Source: an uncultured bacterium
GTDB taxonomy: Bacteria; Desulfobacterota_D; UBA1144; Nemesobacterales; UBA2774
NCBI GenBank assembly: GCA_963705505.1
Contig: CAVPJU010000007.1
Coordinates: 1-58,693 of the forward strand
Reading direction: 5' to 3'
Length of the DNA stretch: 58,693 nucleotides
A program made the translations under genes and the position numbers. The notes under the pieces are model-generated. The model was given only the letters and a program-made list of their open reading frames with translations. It made no database searches and was not told the origin of the DNA. How positions within the stretch are numbered: position 1 is the stretch's first letter; each line of letters opens with the position of its first letter. Of this stretch, positions 32,697 to 44,300 are shown in pieces.

Positions 32697-32883
32697 TTGT
32701 GCGGAACGAATCCTATGCGCGACACACGATGAAATTACGATACAATCTTACACGATTTTATACGTGCGGGTACTCAGCACGTCAAGTCCTCGGAGCGGCT
32801 CCAGGGGAATGAATATCAGCCGGTGCGGCTCATTTCTTGCCCTTTCCCCCGATACTCCCCGGCTATACGGCCCTGCTCACAGA

Positions 32884-33138
32884 TCAGTAATCCGAATCCC
32901 CCCTTCCGAACTCCTGCAGCACCTCGTTTATCACGTCGTCGGACGTTGTCCTGAGAAGCTCATCGTAGCGCTCCAGAAGCTCCTGACGGCTTATAACACC
33001 CTTGTCCATCAGCAGCTTTTCGAGAGCGGTGATCTTCATCCTGTCCGTCACTATAGCCCTGACGAGGTCGAATATCAGCCTCCACTGAGTATCGCCCCCG
33101 AATATCTCGCTATGGGGCTTTGTATCTCCCTTGTCCAA
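32884..33138 (-). CDS. hypothetical protein
   Basis: GGAGAGG RBS; ALEKLLMDKGVISRQEL. Confidence 0.6.
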   Translation of the reverse strand: MDKGDTKPHSEIFGGDTQWRLIFDLVRAIVTDRMKITALEKLLMDKGVISRQELLERYDELLRTTSDDVINEVLQEFGRGDSDY

Positions 33139-33511
33139 ATCCTCTCCTCCCTTAACTCCGGTAACCTCGTGAACTCCCGGGCTTAATTTTAATGCCCGTT
33201 TTTCAATTGAGCAAATGTCCGGGGAATGATAAGAACTCCCTAAAATCTTGGCCCGAAAGAATTATATATACATTCTTACGCCGGGGGAAGTGGACGGAAT
33301 ATATATATTATACGTATGCTCAGGCGGAACAGGCATTGATATTGATATATAAACCGGATTCCTGTGCCGAGTAGTTCAGGGCATGTAACGGTGAAGACGG
33401 GAGGGTGAGATTCGCTCCGAAGAGTACGCTCTATGAAAACACCGCACGCGCTATGTTTCTACGGCTTGAAGGAGTCGGGGAATCCCGGGGATCAACCGGC
33501 CCCGGACGGCG

Positions 33512-33865
33512 TCAATACTTCCAGGCTGCGAGGCCCTGGCAGACGACTGTAAACCAGTTCTGGGGGTATTCCCTCTCGAGCGTCCAGGTCGTGTTGAGCA
33601 CGGAGTTGGCGCCTACGAGTATCGCCTGGTCCTTGAGGGCGTTCATGCACTGGCCCACATACATATCCTCGTTATACTTGAATTCCCACGCAAGCTGGAA
33701 ATGCCTCTGGCTCTTCCCCGTTACGTACTCGACCGAGTCGTACTTTTCAATCTCGTCGGGAGCGCCCTTCTCCTCCATGAATATATACTCGCGGAGATTC
33801 TCCCACGCGCCCGCCATCTGAGCGCCCGTTACGACTAAAAGCAGTGCTATAAAGACTGTCCTCAT
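33512..33865 (-). CDS. small secreted hypothetical protein
   Basis: AGGAGG RBS, signal peptide, two Cys. Confidence 0.6.
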   Translation of the reverse strand: MRTVFIALLLVVTGAQMAGAWENLREYIFMEEKGAPDEIEKYDSVEYVTGKSQRHFQLAWEFKYNEDMYVGQCMNALKDQAILVGANSVLNTTWTLEREYPQNWFTVVCQGLAAWKY

Positions 33866-33994
33866 ATCTTCATCCTCCTTCCGGTTATATACAATGGCCG
33901 ACCCATCGGCGGGAGACGTCGTCCCCCAATGTCATATTATATACCCGATATACCCGATTGAGAATACCGCCCGAAAAGGAATTATGAAACCGTA

Positions 33995-35464
33995 TCAAAC
34001 CGGCATCCCCGCCCTTCTGACCTGTCTGACGATATAAGCCCCGCATAATAACAAAACGGCGTAAACCGGGATAAGGGCCGTCTGCCCGGTAAAGCCCTGC
34101 CTAAGGGAAGCGGGCAAGACCATCCGGACGAGCATCGAGATTTGAAGCTTATCGCCCGCAATGAAACCGGGAATGAGATATTCCGTGAGGATGTTTTTAT
34201 TCCGGTCGTAGGGGTCCGTCATGGAGACCGAAACGCATACGAGGGATATCAGGAAGCTCACCGTGAATAGTGCGAGCAAGACCGCACGGAGCCTCTTTCC
34301 CGCCCCCGCCCACACGACCGCAAGAGGGAGGCAGAGGAAAGGCAGCATCGGGGTCAGGAAGCGGGGCCCGGTCGAACCCCCGCCCGTCCAGTACTCGTAG
34401 GACGAGTTCAGAAGCAGGTAATATACGGGCACTGCCGCAAGCGTGACGGCGGCGGCTTTGCCCCCCGGGACCTTCCACATCCTGTATAACGCGTACGGAG
34501 CCGCAAGCAGTACCGGAGAGAGCCAGAAAAGCCCGTGCCCTTCGGTAAAGAGGAGCTTCACCAATACATCGGGATGCGGATAAGTAAGCCCGTAATACCC
34601 TCTCATCATACCGGGGAAGTTGACCGTATATCTGTAAAGCGAGCCTGTGAGGCTCCCCGTTATAGAGTAGTTATATATCAGGAGCGGAGATATGAAGATG
34701 AGCGCGCCCGCCGATGCGGAGAGGAGCACGCGCACGAGCCTGCGCCGCTCCCACTTGAGCGCTGAGCAGATACCGTATAACGCGATAATAGCCGAGGCCG
34801 GAGCGGACGTAAGCTCTATCACCGCCGCCCAGGATAAGAGCGCCCCCGCCGCAAACCCGAGGAGCACATCCCTCCTTACGCTCCCGGGCGAAACCGTAAG
34901 AAAATACACCGCGGTCAATCCGATAAAGAGGCACCCGCCTGCGGGGTTGTGACCGAAGAACGCCGTAGCCCATCCCCATGCAGGCGTAGCAAGCCCGAAT
35001 GAGAGTGCGCCGAACACCGCCCCGCCGGGACCCGAGCCGAGTCTCAGCGCAAGGAAGTAAATCGAGAGGGCGGTAAGCGCAGTAATCAGCGCGGTCGTGA
35101 AATCGTTCGCCCAATCCTCGAGAAAAATAAAATAACTCGTAACACCGTCCCCGGGTTTCACCCACACGACGTCGCTGTAATTCGATTTCAGATAAAACCG
35201 CGCCGCCGCCGCCACAGGGAGGGCCATAAGGGTCATCCCCGGCGACTTGTCTGTGTAATACCTCCCGTTATAGTAGGCAATGTCGTGCGTCGAATCCCTG
35301 TACTTATCTATAGTCAGCGTCCCGTCCTCGATAATGGAAAGGGCAAGTGCAATGCGGGGGACCGAGTTCCAGTTCCCCGGGTTCTGGAGGAAATAGCAGT
35401 AGGAAAAAAAGAGCATTACGAAAAGGGCCGCCGCAATCCTGTTGATCGTCGTCTTTTCCGCCAT
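33995..35464 (-). CDS. multi-TM protein, GT-C (ArnT/PMT-like) fold candidate
   Basis: YYTDKSPG loop, GLFWLSP, WTGGGSTGPRFLTP. Confidence 0.6.
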   Translation of the reverse strand: MAEKTTINRIAAALFVMLFFSYCYFLQNPGNWNSVPRIALALSIIEDGTLTIDKYRDSTHDIAYYNGRYYTDKSPGMTLMALPVAAAARFYLKSNYSDVVWVKPGDGVTSYFIFLEDWANDFTTALITALTALSIYFLALRLGSGPGGAVFGALSFGLATPAWGWATAFFGHNPAGGCLFIGLTAVYFLTVSPGSVRRDVLLGFAAGALLSWAAVIELTSAPASAIIALYGICSALKWERRRLVRVLLSASAGALIFISPLLIYNYSITGSLTGSLYRYTVNFPGMMRGYYGLTYPHPDVLVKLLFTEGHGLFWLSPVLLAAPYALYRMWKVPGGKAAAVTLAAVPVYYLLLNSSYEYWTGGGSTGPRFLTPMLPFLCLPLAVVWAGAGKRLRAVLLALFTVSFLISLVCVSVSMTDPYDRNKNILTEYLIPGFIAGDKLQISMLVRMVLPASLRQGFTGQTALIPVYAVLLLCGAYIVRQVRRAGMPV

Positions 35465-35690
35465 TCGAATAACCGGGCTCCGTCAAGTATCAACGTCCTT
35501 ATATGGTGCATGACTATTGTAAGAGTATTTGCCGGTTTAAGTCAACAGACCTGAAATCTCGGCATCCATTTGCGCTCTCTTTCAATGTCCTTGTATAATT
35601 TAATCAATTTTCTGAATAGCGAATACGGTTCCATCTGCAGACTATCTAAAGAATACCGGGTCATATCCACGGAAAAGGTCGAGTGATTCC

Positions 35691-37811
35691 ATGACGGAAA
35701 AGGTTGAGCTCAACGAAGACTTCGGCGAGTTTGTTAACGACACGGGAATCCGGATAAGCCACCCGGGGAAGGAGAGGCTCGCTCTCAGGGACATTTATGT
35801 ATTCCCGGACCTTAGAGTACTGACCCCTCCTCGTCTAACGGGAGCGGGATCCCCGGGAGGGTTAACCGGAAGCGTGTTAATAAGCTCGAGCAGCCTTCCC
35901 GATGCGGCGAAGGCGGGAGGGGGGGTACTCATATGCGGCCCGGAGGATTCCGGAAAGACATCGCTTCTCAAGATACTGGCCTCGCAATTCCTCGATTCGG
36001 GCTTCTATCCGCTGTATGCGGACGAAAAGAGCCTCGGCATCCCGCCCGGCGAAGGAATAGAGGAATTCTTCCTCAGGAAATACGGAGAGCAGTACACTGA
36101 AGAGAGCTTCGGGCATATAAAGGAGGGACCGGAAGAAAAAAGGATACTCCTTCTCGACAACGCCGACAGGATACGGGGCAGGTCTGAAGAGCTCGGCGCA
36201 TTCCTGGGCAGGCTTACGGGATATTTCGGGACAGTTTTCCTCACGGCGGAAAGCCCGCCTGAATTCGCGGAGCTACCCGCGGGGTTTTCCGTATACGGCG
36301 CTCCGGAAGGGTTCGCGGTGTACGAGCTTATGGAGCTCGGACTCACGCTCCGGCAGGAGCTTATATCGAAATGGACGGCTTTAGGAGCCACCGTGACCGG
36401 CGATGAAGAAAAGACGGCCTCCCGGAAAGCCAGGCTAGGGGGCGCGGTGAGCGCAGTCCTGAGCAGGAACATCGTCCCTTCCTACCCCGTGTTCATACTG
36501 ACGATCCTCCAGATGGCGGACTCGGACGACCCTGTCGCTCCGAGCGCAAGCTCCTACGGCCACTACTACGAGTACCTGATATCGAAATCTCTCAGGGGCG
36601 CATCAGGCAGGGAAGAGTTCTCCTTTAATATCGCCCTGCTGTCCCGGCTCGCATACAGGATGTTCTGCCGGAGGAGCCGCTGGATATCCCGGGGGGACAT
36701 AGACACATTAATCGAAAACGTATCCGCTGATTTCGAGAGCGCTCCCGCGAGCCCCGGAGCCGCAATATCGGCCCTCATAAAATCGGATACGCTCGCGGAA
36801 AGAGAATCGGGATACGAATTCAGGTACGGCTATATCTACCACTACTTCTCGGCCCTTTACTTTTCCCGGCACCTCAATTCGGACAGGGTCAGGGACGAAG
36901 TGAGGAGGCTCTGCAACAATCTCGAAGACGAAGAGTACGCCAACATCGTGCTTTTCCTGACGCACCTTTCGAATGACCCTTTCGTGATGGAACAGATCTC
37001 GCGTAACGTCGAGTACGCGGCGTCTTCCGAAGAGCCGTATCATGCCGAAGAAGAGGAATCCTATCTCGACGAGCTGATCAGGGAGATTGAAAAGCTCATC
37101 GATAAAGACAGGAAGCTCAGGGAAACATGGGCGGATTTTTTACCGTCCCGCGAGGCGCCCGCGAAGGAGCCTATCGGCTTCCGCGTGCTCGGCACGGACA
37201 TACGGACCCGGCGGCGCAGTGAAAGCCGCAGGCCCGGCCTATCGCGGAAGCCTCTCTATATAAACGCGCTCCTCAGGATTTCCTCGGAGGCCCTCAAAGG
37301 GCAGCCGGCAGAAGGGTCGTACGATATACCGCGCGGCTTCGATGAGAATATCTACGACCTCTCCTCGTCGTCCCTGAGGAGGAGAAAGAGAGAGGCGGAC
37401 AGGGCAAGGGAAACCGCGGCGGGGAGGAAGGGGGAGATTTTCGAAAGCGGCCGGGAGAACGGGGAGCAGCTCTTTTTCCTCCTCGAGATCTACGGACTCT
37501 ACATGAGGATATACATAAACAGCATGAGGCAATTATCGCTCCTTACGGAAGCGGGTCCGCCAGAGTACACGAATACGATCCCCGACATGATGATGAGGAT
37601 CTGCGCGGGGCTCTTCCGTAAAGACCACGCGCCGGGCATAGACACGATCGGCAGGTTCCTGTTAGAGAACGAAAAGAGGAAATTCGCGAGGGAGCTCATC
37701 AGGGAAACCGCGGCGCTCAGGCTCTACATCTTTGGAGACGATACGGAGTATTCTCGGGAGCTGAGGAAGCTCCTGGATTTACCGAAGGAAGGAGAACATT
37801 ATATAAGCTGA
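35691..37811 (+). CDS. STAND/NACHT-like P-loop NTPase
   Basis: DIYVFPDL, Walker A GPEDSGKT, Walker B ILLLDNAD, YEFRYGYIYHYFSA. Confidence 0.75.
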   Translation: MTEKVELNEDFGEFVNDTGIRISHPGKERLALRDIYVFPDLRVLTPPRLTGAGSPGGLTGSVLISSSSLPDAAKAGGGVLICGPEDSGKTSLLKILASQFLDSGFYPLYADEKSLGIPPGEGIEEFFLRKYGEQYTEESFGHIKEGPEEKRILLLDNADRIRGRSEELGAFLGRLTGYFGTVFLTAESPPEFAELPAGFSVYGAPEGFAVYELMELGLTLRQELISKWTALGATVTGDEEKTASRKARLGGAVSAVLSRNIVPSYPVFILTILQMADSDDPVAPSASSYGHYYEYLISKSLRGASGREEFSFNIALLSRLAYRMFCRRSRWISRGDIDTLIENVSADFESAPASPGAAISALIKSDTLAERESGYEFRYGYIYHYFSALYFSRHLNSDRVRDEVRRLCNNLEDEEYANIVLFLTHLSNDPFVMEQISRNVEYAASSEEPYHAEEEESYLDELIREIEKLIDKDRKLRETWADFLPSREAPAKEPIGFRVLGTDIRTRRRSESRRPGLSRKPLYINALLRISSEALKGQPAEGSYDIPRGFDENIYDLSSSSLRRRKREADRARETAAGRKGEIFESGRENGEQLFFLLEIYGLYMRIYINSMRQLSLLTEAGPPEYTNTIPDMMMRICAGLFRKDHAPGIDTIGRFLLENEKRKFARELIRETAALRLYIFGDDTEYSRELRKLLDLPKEGEHYIS

Positions 37812-37833
37812 GGTAGTCCCGTATACGGAAGGC

Positions 37834-39141
37834 TCATCCGCCCGGGGTTACGAAGTTATATTCTATGTCGTGAGGTATCTCAGTGTCGGCGATCATCTTT
37901 CTTAACTCCTCCGGGCAGCCCCGCGGGAGGCCGTCCTTCGTCTCTACGGCGAGCCACCCCCAGCTGTTGACGAAACCCCTCGCCCTCGTCTCGTTCCCGT
38001 CCGCGAAAAGCCTGACGAGGTCCCACGCGAATTCATCCACTACAGCTTCGAGGGTCTTCACGTCCACGATGAATTTCCCCTCCCAGGGGTCGTGCCTGAT
38101 AGCGCCCCTGTCCCTGAAGTGCCTGTACGCGAGATAGGCCGAGCCCGTGTCGGGGTGCGTGTAGAACCCTCCCCTCTTCATATATCTCAGCATCTCGGCG
38201 ACCGTGAGCAGGTACGCCTTATGGAGGAGCCCGCCGCCTAAAATCCCGTCCGAGAGATGCTTCATGTTGTAAAGGGAAATCATATCGGATTTGAGCTCGT
38301 GGAGCACCATATAATCCCTGTCGAATTCCGACATCACCCTGCCGAGCCTGTCGGCCCCTATGAAATGCCCGACGTCGTGTCCCCTGAGCCATATCAGGAG
38401 AAGCCGCGCCGCCTCACTCGGCGTGAGCTCCGCGAGCGCCTCCGCGCCCGCGAGGTAACGGAGCGCTATCTTTTCCGTCATCGCCTTGAACCTCGCCGCG
38501 TAGAGGTTTATGAATACGGTCATCCGGGAAAGCGATGACACGTTTTCTTTCGTGCCGCCCGAGAAGAATACGCATATCGGTTTATGCCTGACGCTGAGCC
38601 CTCCGGCGAGCGAGAAAACGTCGAGGCATTTTATTCGGGGTACTTCCCCCTGGAGCACCTTCCCCCTGTATCCGCGCGAAGTCAGGAGCGCTTCCGTAAA
38701 GAGCCCGAGACAGCCGTCATACTCCGAGAGCAGAACGTCGTACCCGGGGTTCACGAGACCCGCGGCTCCGGAATAATAGCTCTCGCCGTCCCCTTCCGAG
38801 GAGAACACCTTGCCGATTACGAGCTCGATCTCCTTTCCAGTTTTGACGCTCCCGGCGGTCAGCGGAAAGAGGTCGAATATGCCCTTGCCGAGAGCGCTCA
38901 CGCCCGCATCGTATCTTTCCCGTGCCTCCCCCGACAGGCCGGACGAGCCCGCCTTCAGCTTTTCCGTGATCTCGTTCCAGAGGGTTTTTTCAAGGGACAG
39001 AGTCAGCTCCCTCGAGAGCTGTTTCTTATGCATGTCGTCTATGAGAAAGAGGGCGTCATGGAAAGCGTGCGCGGCTCCGCCCAATTCCTGAGGCGGCGCT
39101 GCGGTGATATCGGCGGTTACGGTGTTCCCGGTGCGGGCCAT
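37834..39141 (-). CDS. peptidase M49/DPP-III-like protein with variant metal motif
   Basis: GHDVGH...LHELKSD in place of the HExGH...EExKAD pattern. Confidence 0.55.
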   Translation of the reverse strand: MARTGNTVTADITAAPPQELGGAAHAFHDALFLIDDMHKKQLSRELTLSLEKTLWNEITEKLKAGSSGLSGEARERYDAGVSALGKGIFDLFPLTAGSVKTGKEIELVIGKVFSSEGDGESYYSGAAGLVNPGYDVLLSEYDGCLGLFTEALLTSRGYRGKVLQGEVPRIKCLDVFSLAGGLSVRHKPICVFFSGGTKENVSSLSRMTVFINLYAARFKAMTEKIALRYLAGAEALAELTPSEAARLLLIWLRGHDVGHFIGADRLGRVMSEFDRDYMVLHELKSDMISLYNMKHLSDGILGGGLLHKAYLLTVAEMLRYMKRGGFYTHPDTGSAYLAYRHFRDRGAIRHDPWEGKFIVDVKTLEAVVDEFAWDLVRLFADGNETRARGFVNSWGWLAVETKDGLPRGCPEELRKMIADTEIPHDIEYNFVTPGG

Positions 39142-39198
39142 AGTCCGGTATTTTAACCGGTAATAAAGAGGGATTTAAATAGAATTTCGGATAGGGCG

Positions 39199-39531
39199 TC
39201 AGTCCGGGGTTTCTCTCTCCTGCGGGACGACCTCGACGACGGACAGGTATTCGGCCAGCATCTCGAGCGCGTTCTCGATCTCCCCGGCATTCCCCTCTTT
39301 CGCTGCTTCCTCGATACTCTTTCCTATCCTGCTTATCTCGGGGAAACCGTACCCGCCGCCCGCGCCCTTCATCCCGTGCCCGAGCCTCTGCACTTCCTTC
39401 ATGTCGGAGTTCGCGATGCACTGCCTGATACCGCCGATCTCCTTGTGCCTGCTTTCAAGGAAGAAGGGTATGAGATCCAAGTAATCGGGGTCCACATAAA
39501 CGACCTCTCTCTGATACCATTTGCCCGTCAT
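39199..39531 (-). CDS. Hpt phosphotransfer protein
   Basis: LGHGMKGAGGGYGF. Confidence 0.9.
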   Translation of the reverse strand: MTGKWYQREVVYVDPDYLDLIPFFLESRHKEIGGIRQCIANSDMKEVQRLGHGMKGAGGGYGFPEISRIGKSIEEAAKEGNAGEIENALEMLAEYLSVVEVVPQERETPD

Positions 39532-39627
39532 ATACAGCGGCCCTCCAACGCGCGTTTCAGCGCGTGATTCACCGCTAATAATACACCCGATACGATCTTC
39601 GGGTATATGGAGCTGATGATAGTGGGA

Positions 39628-41241
39628 TTAAAGCTTGGGCTGGTGTTCGGGCCTCAGGAGATCGAATACGGTCTTTACCGGGTTGAACGTTATCAGCGGC
39701 ACTTCGACGAACACGGTGTTCCAGTATGCCATGGCTCCGTTCCAGAGCCCTGGAAGCTCGAGCGCCTTAAGCTCCCTGCCGTCTCTCGATTTCACGGATA
39801 TGAAGCCCGCGTCCCGGTCTATGAACTGGTGCAGGTCGTAAGGCTCCCGCCTGTGGTCCCTCAAGCCGCAGACTATGTCCACGGGGTTGAAATGGGTCGA
39901 GGACTCCCAGACGGCCTTCTGTCCCGACGCGCCCATATCCACCTGGGCCGATTCGACTATCTGCTTCGATACCCCGCCGTCCTTGCCCCTTACCCAGAAC
40001 GGCCCGCCTCCGGGCTCATTTTCGTTCCTGACGACCCCGCACACCCTGAGCGGCCTGCTGAGAGCGGAGACCAGATGAGAGGTCTTTTCCGCCCGTGGAG
40101 CATTTTCAAGACGACCGGGTATCGCTATCGCGAGCCCCAACCTCAGAAGCCATTCGAGATCCCCCGAGACGTCTTCGGGGGCAGCACCGCTCTCGAGCTT
40201 TCCGAGCGCTGAAAACACATAGCTCTCGAGCTTCATAAGATAGCCGCCGAGGGCCTTCTTCCAGAGGTACGTCTCCCCCTTGAGCCTGTCGGGTACCACG
40301 TTGTCTATGTTCTTTATAAAAACTATATCGCAGTCGAGCTCGTTCAGGTTCTCTATAAGCGCCCCGTGCCCCCCAGGCCTGAATACGGGCTTCCCGTCGT
40401 CTCCGAGAAACGGCCTGTTCTCCATATCGACTGCGATGGTGTCCGTCGAGGGCTTCTGCACGGAGTAGCCGATATCGAGGCTCTCCCCCTTCCCTTCGTA
40501 GAGCGCTTTCACTCCGTTTATATGCCCGCTCACTACCTCCACGTGTTCGGGCGAGAGGGTGAAATGGACCCTCCCGGTCCCCCTGCCGTCCCTTGCGTAA
40601 GTGAGCGCCTCGGCCAGATGCTCCTCGAAAGCCGTCCTGTTGTGGAGCGGGTATTTGTGGAACTTTATAATCCCTTTCGGCAGGTTCGAATAGTTGAGCC
40701 CCTTCGTGTCGAGCGTGTGCCCGATAATCTCCCGGTACTCGCCGCTCGCGAGGAGGTTCCTGAGGCTGAATCCGTTTTTTTCGAGGCAGGATTCGAGCTC
40801 GTCGTGAAAGGCGAACTTCCCCAGCTCCCCGATGAACCTGAGCACCGCTCTCGAGTCGTCGTCTCCGCTCATAGCCGCTTTTTCAAGACGCCCGCGCTCA
40901 AGCGCCTCGCCCTGACCCGCGGCAAGCAGCTCCCTGAACATCCTGCTCGCGGCTCCCGACGCCGGGACGAACTTTATAATCTTTTTCGAAGCCGATTCAG
41001 CTTCGTAATAGCGTGCATAGGATTCCGCCTCGTCCCTTACGGACACTATCCCGTCCCCCACCCTGCACGGCCTGACGAGCTCGGACGGGGGCAGTCCTCT
41101 CCCGAACATCTCTATCTGGGACATTACGGTCCCGGGGTCTATGCCTCTCGATTCGATTTCGCTGATTATATTCCGGTCAAGTTTCGGCTCACTCATGCTC
41201 TGCTTTACATACACCCGGGCTGCTTGAATCAAATCCGGCAT
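39628..41241 (-). CDS. DUF4301 family (nucleotidyltransferase-like)
   Basis: KFVPASGAASRMF, RPGGHGAL, FIKNIDNV, ELPGLWNG, TFNPVKTV. Confidence 0.88.
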   Translation of the reverse strand: MPDLIQAARVYVKQSMSEPKLDRNIISEIESRGIDPGTVMSQIEMFGRGLPPSELVRPCRVGDGIVSVRDEAESYARYYEAESASKKIIKFVPASGAASRMFRELLAAGQGEALERGRLEKAAMSGDDDSRAVLRFIGELGKFAFHDELESCLEKNGFSLRNLLASGEYREIIGHTLDTKGLNYSNLPKGIIKFHKYPLHNRTAFEEHLAEALTYARDGRGTGRVHFTLSPEHVEVVSGHINGVKALYEGKGESLDIGYSVQKPSTDTIAVDMENRPFLGDDGKPVFRPGGHGALIENLNELDCDIVFIKNIDNVVPDRLKGETYLWKKALGGYLMKLESYVFSALGKLESGAAPEDVSGDLEWLLRLGLAIAIPGRLENAPRAEKTSHLVSALSRPLRVCGVVRNENEPGGGPFWVRGKDGGVSKQIVESAQVDMGASGQKAVWESSTHFNPVDIVCGLRDHRREPYDLHQFIDRDAGFISVKSRDGRELKALELPGLWNGAMAYWNTVFVEVPLITFNPVKTVFDLLRPEHQPKL

Positions 41242-41314
41242 TATTCTATACGGAAAAATACGCTATCCCAAGAAAAAGTTCCGCAAGGCGCGGCGGTATA
41301 GCGTAATCAAAAAG

Positions 41315-44300
41315 TCATGCCCCCACATCCACGCCCGCGGGATCGCTCTTTTCCGCACCGGGCGCTTTCAGCCACTTTTTCACTATATCGAGCAGCAGTT
41401 TCTTCGTTAGGGGCTTCGTGATGTAATCGTCCATATCGTTATCGAGACACTTTTCCCTGTACCCGACGAGCGCGTGGGCCGTGACCGCTATGATCGGAGT
41501 CCTCTCAAGCGCATTCTCCTTCTCCCACTCCCTGATAGACCTCGTCGCCTCGAAGCCGTCCATCACGGGCATCTGCACGTCCATCAATATCATGTCGTAC
41601 CAGTTTTTGCGGGCGGCGTCCACTCCCTCCACCCCTCCTGAAGCGACATCGACTTCATACCCGCCGATCTCGAGTATCCTCTTCGCGAGGCTCTGGTTGT
41701 CGAGCGTGTCGTCCACGACGAGTACACGCGGCTTCCCGCTGACTCTCGAGCCTACGGACTCGAAAGGCGAGTCCGCTTTCAGGTCCGCGTCACCGTCTTT
41801 CCAATCCACGGCCTCTTTCATGAGCCTCGAGACCGCGTCGTAGAGCTTGGCGCTCTTGACCGGTTTTATGATCGTTTCGTCGATCCCCCTGTCCCTGATC
41901 TCGGAAAAGCTCATTCCGCCCCAGGATGTGAGGAGGAGTATTTTTATTTTTCTTCCTATGGAATTCCTGACATGCTCGGCGAACTCTATCCCGTCCATGC
42001 CGGGCATTTGCTTGTCCGCGATGATCAGCGGGGGCTTCCTGTCCATATTGTGAAGTAGTGACAGGGCTGCCCTTCCGCCGCTCGCTTCCATCACCTCGAA
42101 TCCCCAGAGCGAGAGCATCTTCCGGAGCACCGACCTGTTCGTGCCGTTGTCGTCGACGATGAGGACAGGCGTGCCGCGGAAATTGGGCTGCACCCTTGCG
42201 ACCCTGCCTTCCTTCTCCCAGTCGAGCTTGAGCGGGAGGCTGAAGTAGAAGGTCGATCCATTCCCGAGCTCGCTTTCGAACCATATTTTTCCGCCCATAA
42301 GCTGCACGAGCGACTTCGAGATGCTGAGTCCGAGACCCGCTCCTCCGAAGGTCCTCGTCGTAGAGCTGTCCACCTGCGAGAATTTGTCGAATATCTTCTC
42401 CCTGTGCTCTTCAGGTATGCCTATGCCGGTGTCCGCCACCTTGAACTGCAGCTCCACATCGTCCCCGTCGACAGGCCTTATATTCTCGAGGTTGATGAAC
42501 ACCTCGCCCGTATCGGTGAACTTTATAGCGTTTACCACAAGGTTTACCAGCACCTGTCTGATCCTCGACATATCACCGATCAGACGGTCGGGTACGTTGT
42601 GGTTGATGTAGCATACGAGCTCGAGCCCCTTCTCGAACGCCCTCACCGAGAGCGAATCGGCGACGCCTTCCACGAGCTCCTTCAGGCTGAAGGGCTCTTC
42701 CTCGATCTCCATCTGTCCGACCTCTATTCTTGAGAAATCCAGTATTTCATTTATGAGGCTGAGGAGCGCTTCGGAGGACGACTCTATTACCCTGAGCGTC
42801 TCCTGCTGCTCGCTCGATAACGAAGTATCGAGCATCAGCTCCGTCATTCCGACGATCGCGTTGAGCGGCGTCCTTATCTCGTGGCTCACGTTCGCGAGGA
42901 ACTCCGACTTCGCCTGGCTCCCGGCCTCCGCCGCCTCTTTCGCATCCTTGAGCTCGGCCTCCGCCTTTTTCATTTCGGAGATGTCCATTAAGCTCCCCAG
43001 CACGGCCTGCCTGCCCCTGTACTGGATAGACGTGCTCGTCTCCATGACCCATCTCGTCTCGCCCTGCCTGTTCACTACCCTGTACTCGTAGGGCAGGCTC
43101 CTCGCTCCCTCCATCATGAGCCTGCTCTTTTCCCTCACGTCGTCGCGGTCGAGCGGGTGTATGAGCTTCCAGGGGTTCGTGCCTATAAGCTCCTCCCGCT
43201 TGTAGCCCATGAACTCCTCGAACTTCGGATTGACGAATTCAAATTTGGAATCCTGTATGATGAATACCCCGATCGGGGTCCCGGTCGAAAGGGTCTCGAA
43301 CAGCTCCTCGGCCTGCTTGCGCTCGGATATGTCCATCAGCGTGCCGAGCACCGCCTGCTTCCCCATGTACTGGATCGACCTCACCACTTCCATCGACCAC
43401 ATGATGGTGCCGTCCCTCCTGACCACCCTGTATTCGTAGGGCGCGTTGATCTCGCCTTTTAGCATCCTGATAGCGTTCTGCCTGACGGGCGACCTGTCGT
43501 CCCCGTAAATGTACCAAATGGATTTGCTCCCCAGCAGCTCCTCTTCGGTGTACCCGGTGTACTTCTGGAGCTGAGGGTTAACGAATTTGAACTCGCCGTC
43601 CTGGACGATGTATATGCCGATCGGAGAGCTCGTGGAGAGCGTCCTCAGCATTATTTCCACTCTTCTCCGGTCGGTGATGTCGGCGACGCTCCCGAGCACC
43701 GCGCCCCTGTCCCTGAACCTGATCCTGGTGACCGTCTCCGAGAGCCACTTAATCTCCCCTTCCTTGCTCAGTATCCTGTATTCGTAAGGCTCGATGCTCC
43801 CGCTCTCTATCATCCGCCTCGAGCTCTCCTTCACGGATTCCCTGTCGAGGTAAAGGATTATCTTGTCGGCGTTCGTCCCGAGAAGCTCGTCTTCTCCGAA
43901 CCCCGTGTATTCGCAGTACTGCCTGTTCACATACTTTAACTCGCCGTCCTGGACGATGTATATGCCGAGCGGCGAGCTCGTTGAAAGCGTCCTCAGCATT
44001 TCCTCCGTGTGCTTGCCCGACGTGATGTCGGCGACGCTCCCGATTACGGACTCTTTCCCCTTATACGTTATTTTCGAAACGGTCTCGGATAACCACACTG
44101 TCTGTCTCTTCCTGTTGATGATCCTGTATTGAATGGACGCCGCACCCGTGCCCTCAAGCAGCTCCTGCGCCCGCTTCCTGCGCTCTTCCCTGTCGTCGGG
44201 CGCAACGAGAGCTTCCGGCTTCGAGTCGATCAGCTCGTCCCTCGCGTAGCCGGTAATTTTTTCGAACTGTGAATTTACGAAAACGATACGCCCCTCGTTT

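Noticed and set aside
40366..41301. Long antisense ORFs (e.g. 40366-41301, 27925-28746, 30409-31104)
   Set aside because: Antisense shadows of well-supported GC-rich genes, with no motifs of their own.
43000..44300. Internal DNA repeats in the kinase
   Set aside because: Explained by tandem PAS domains.
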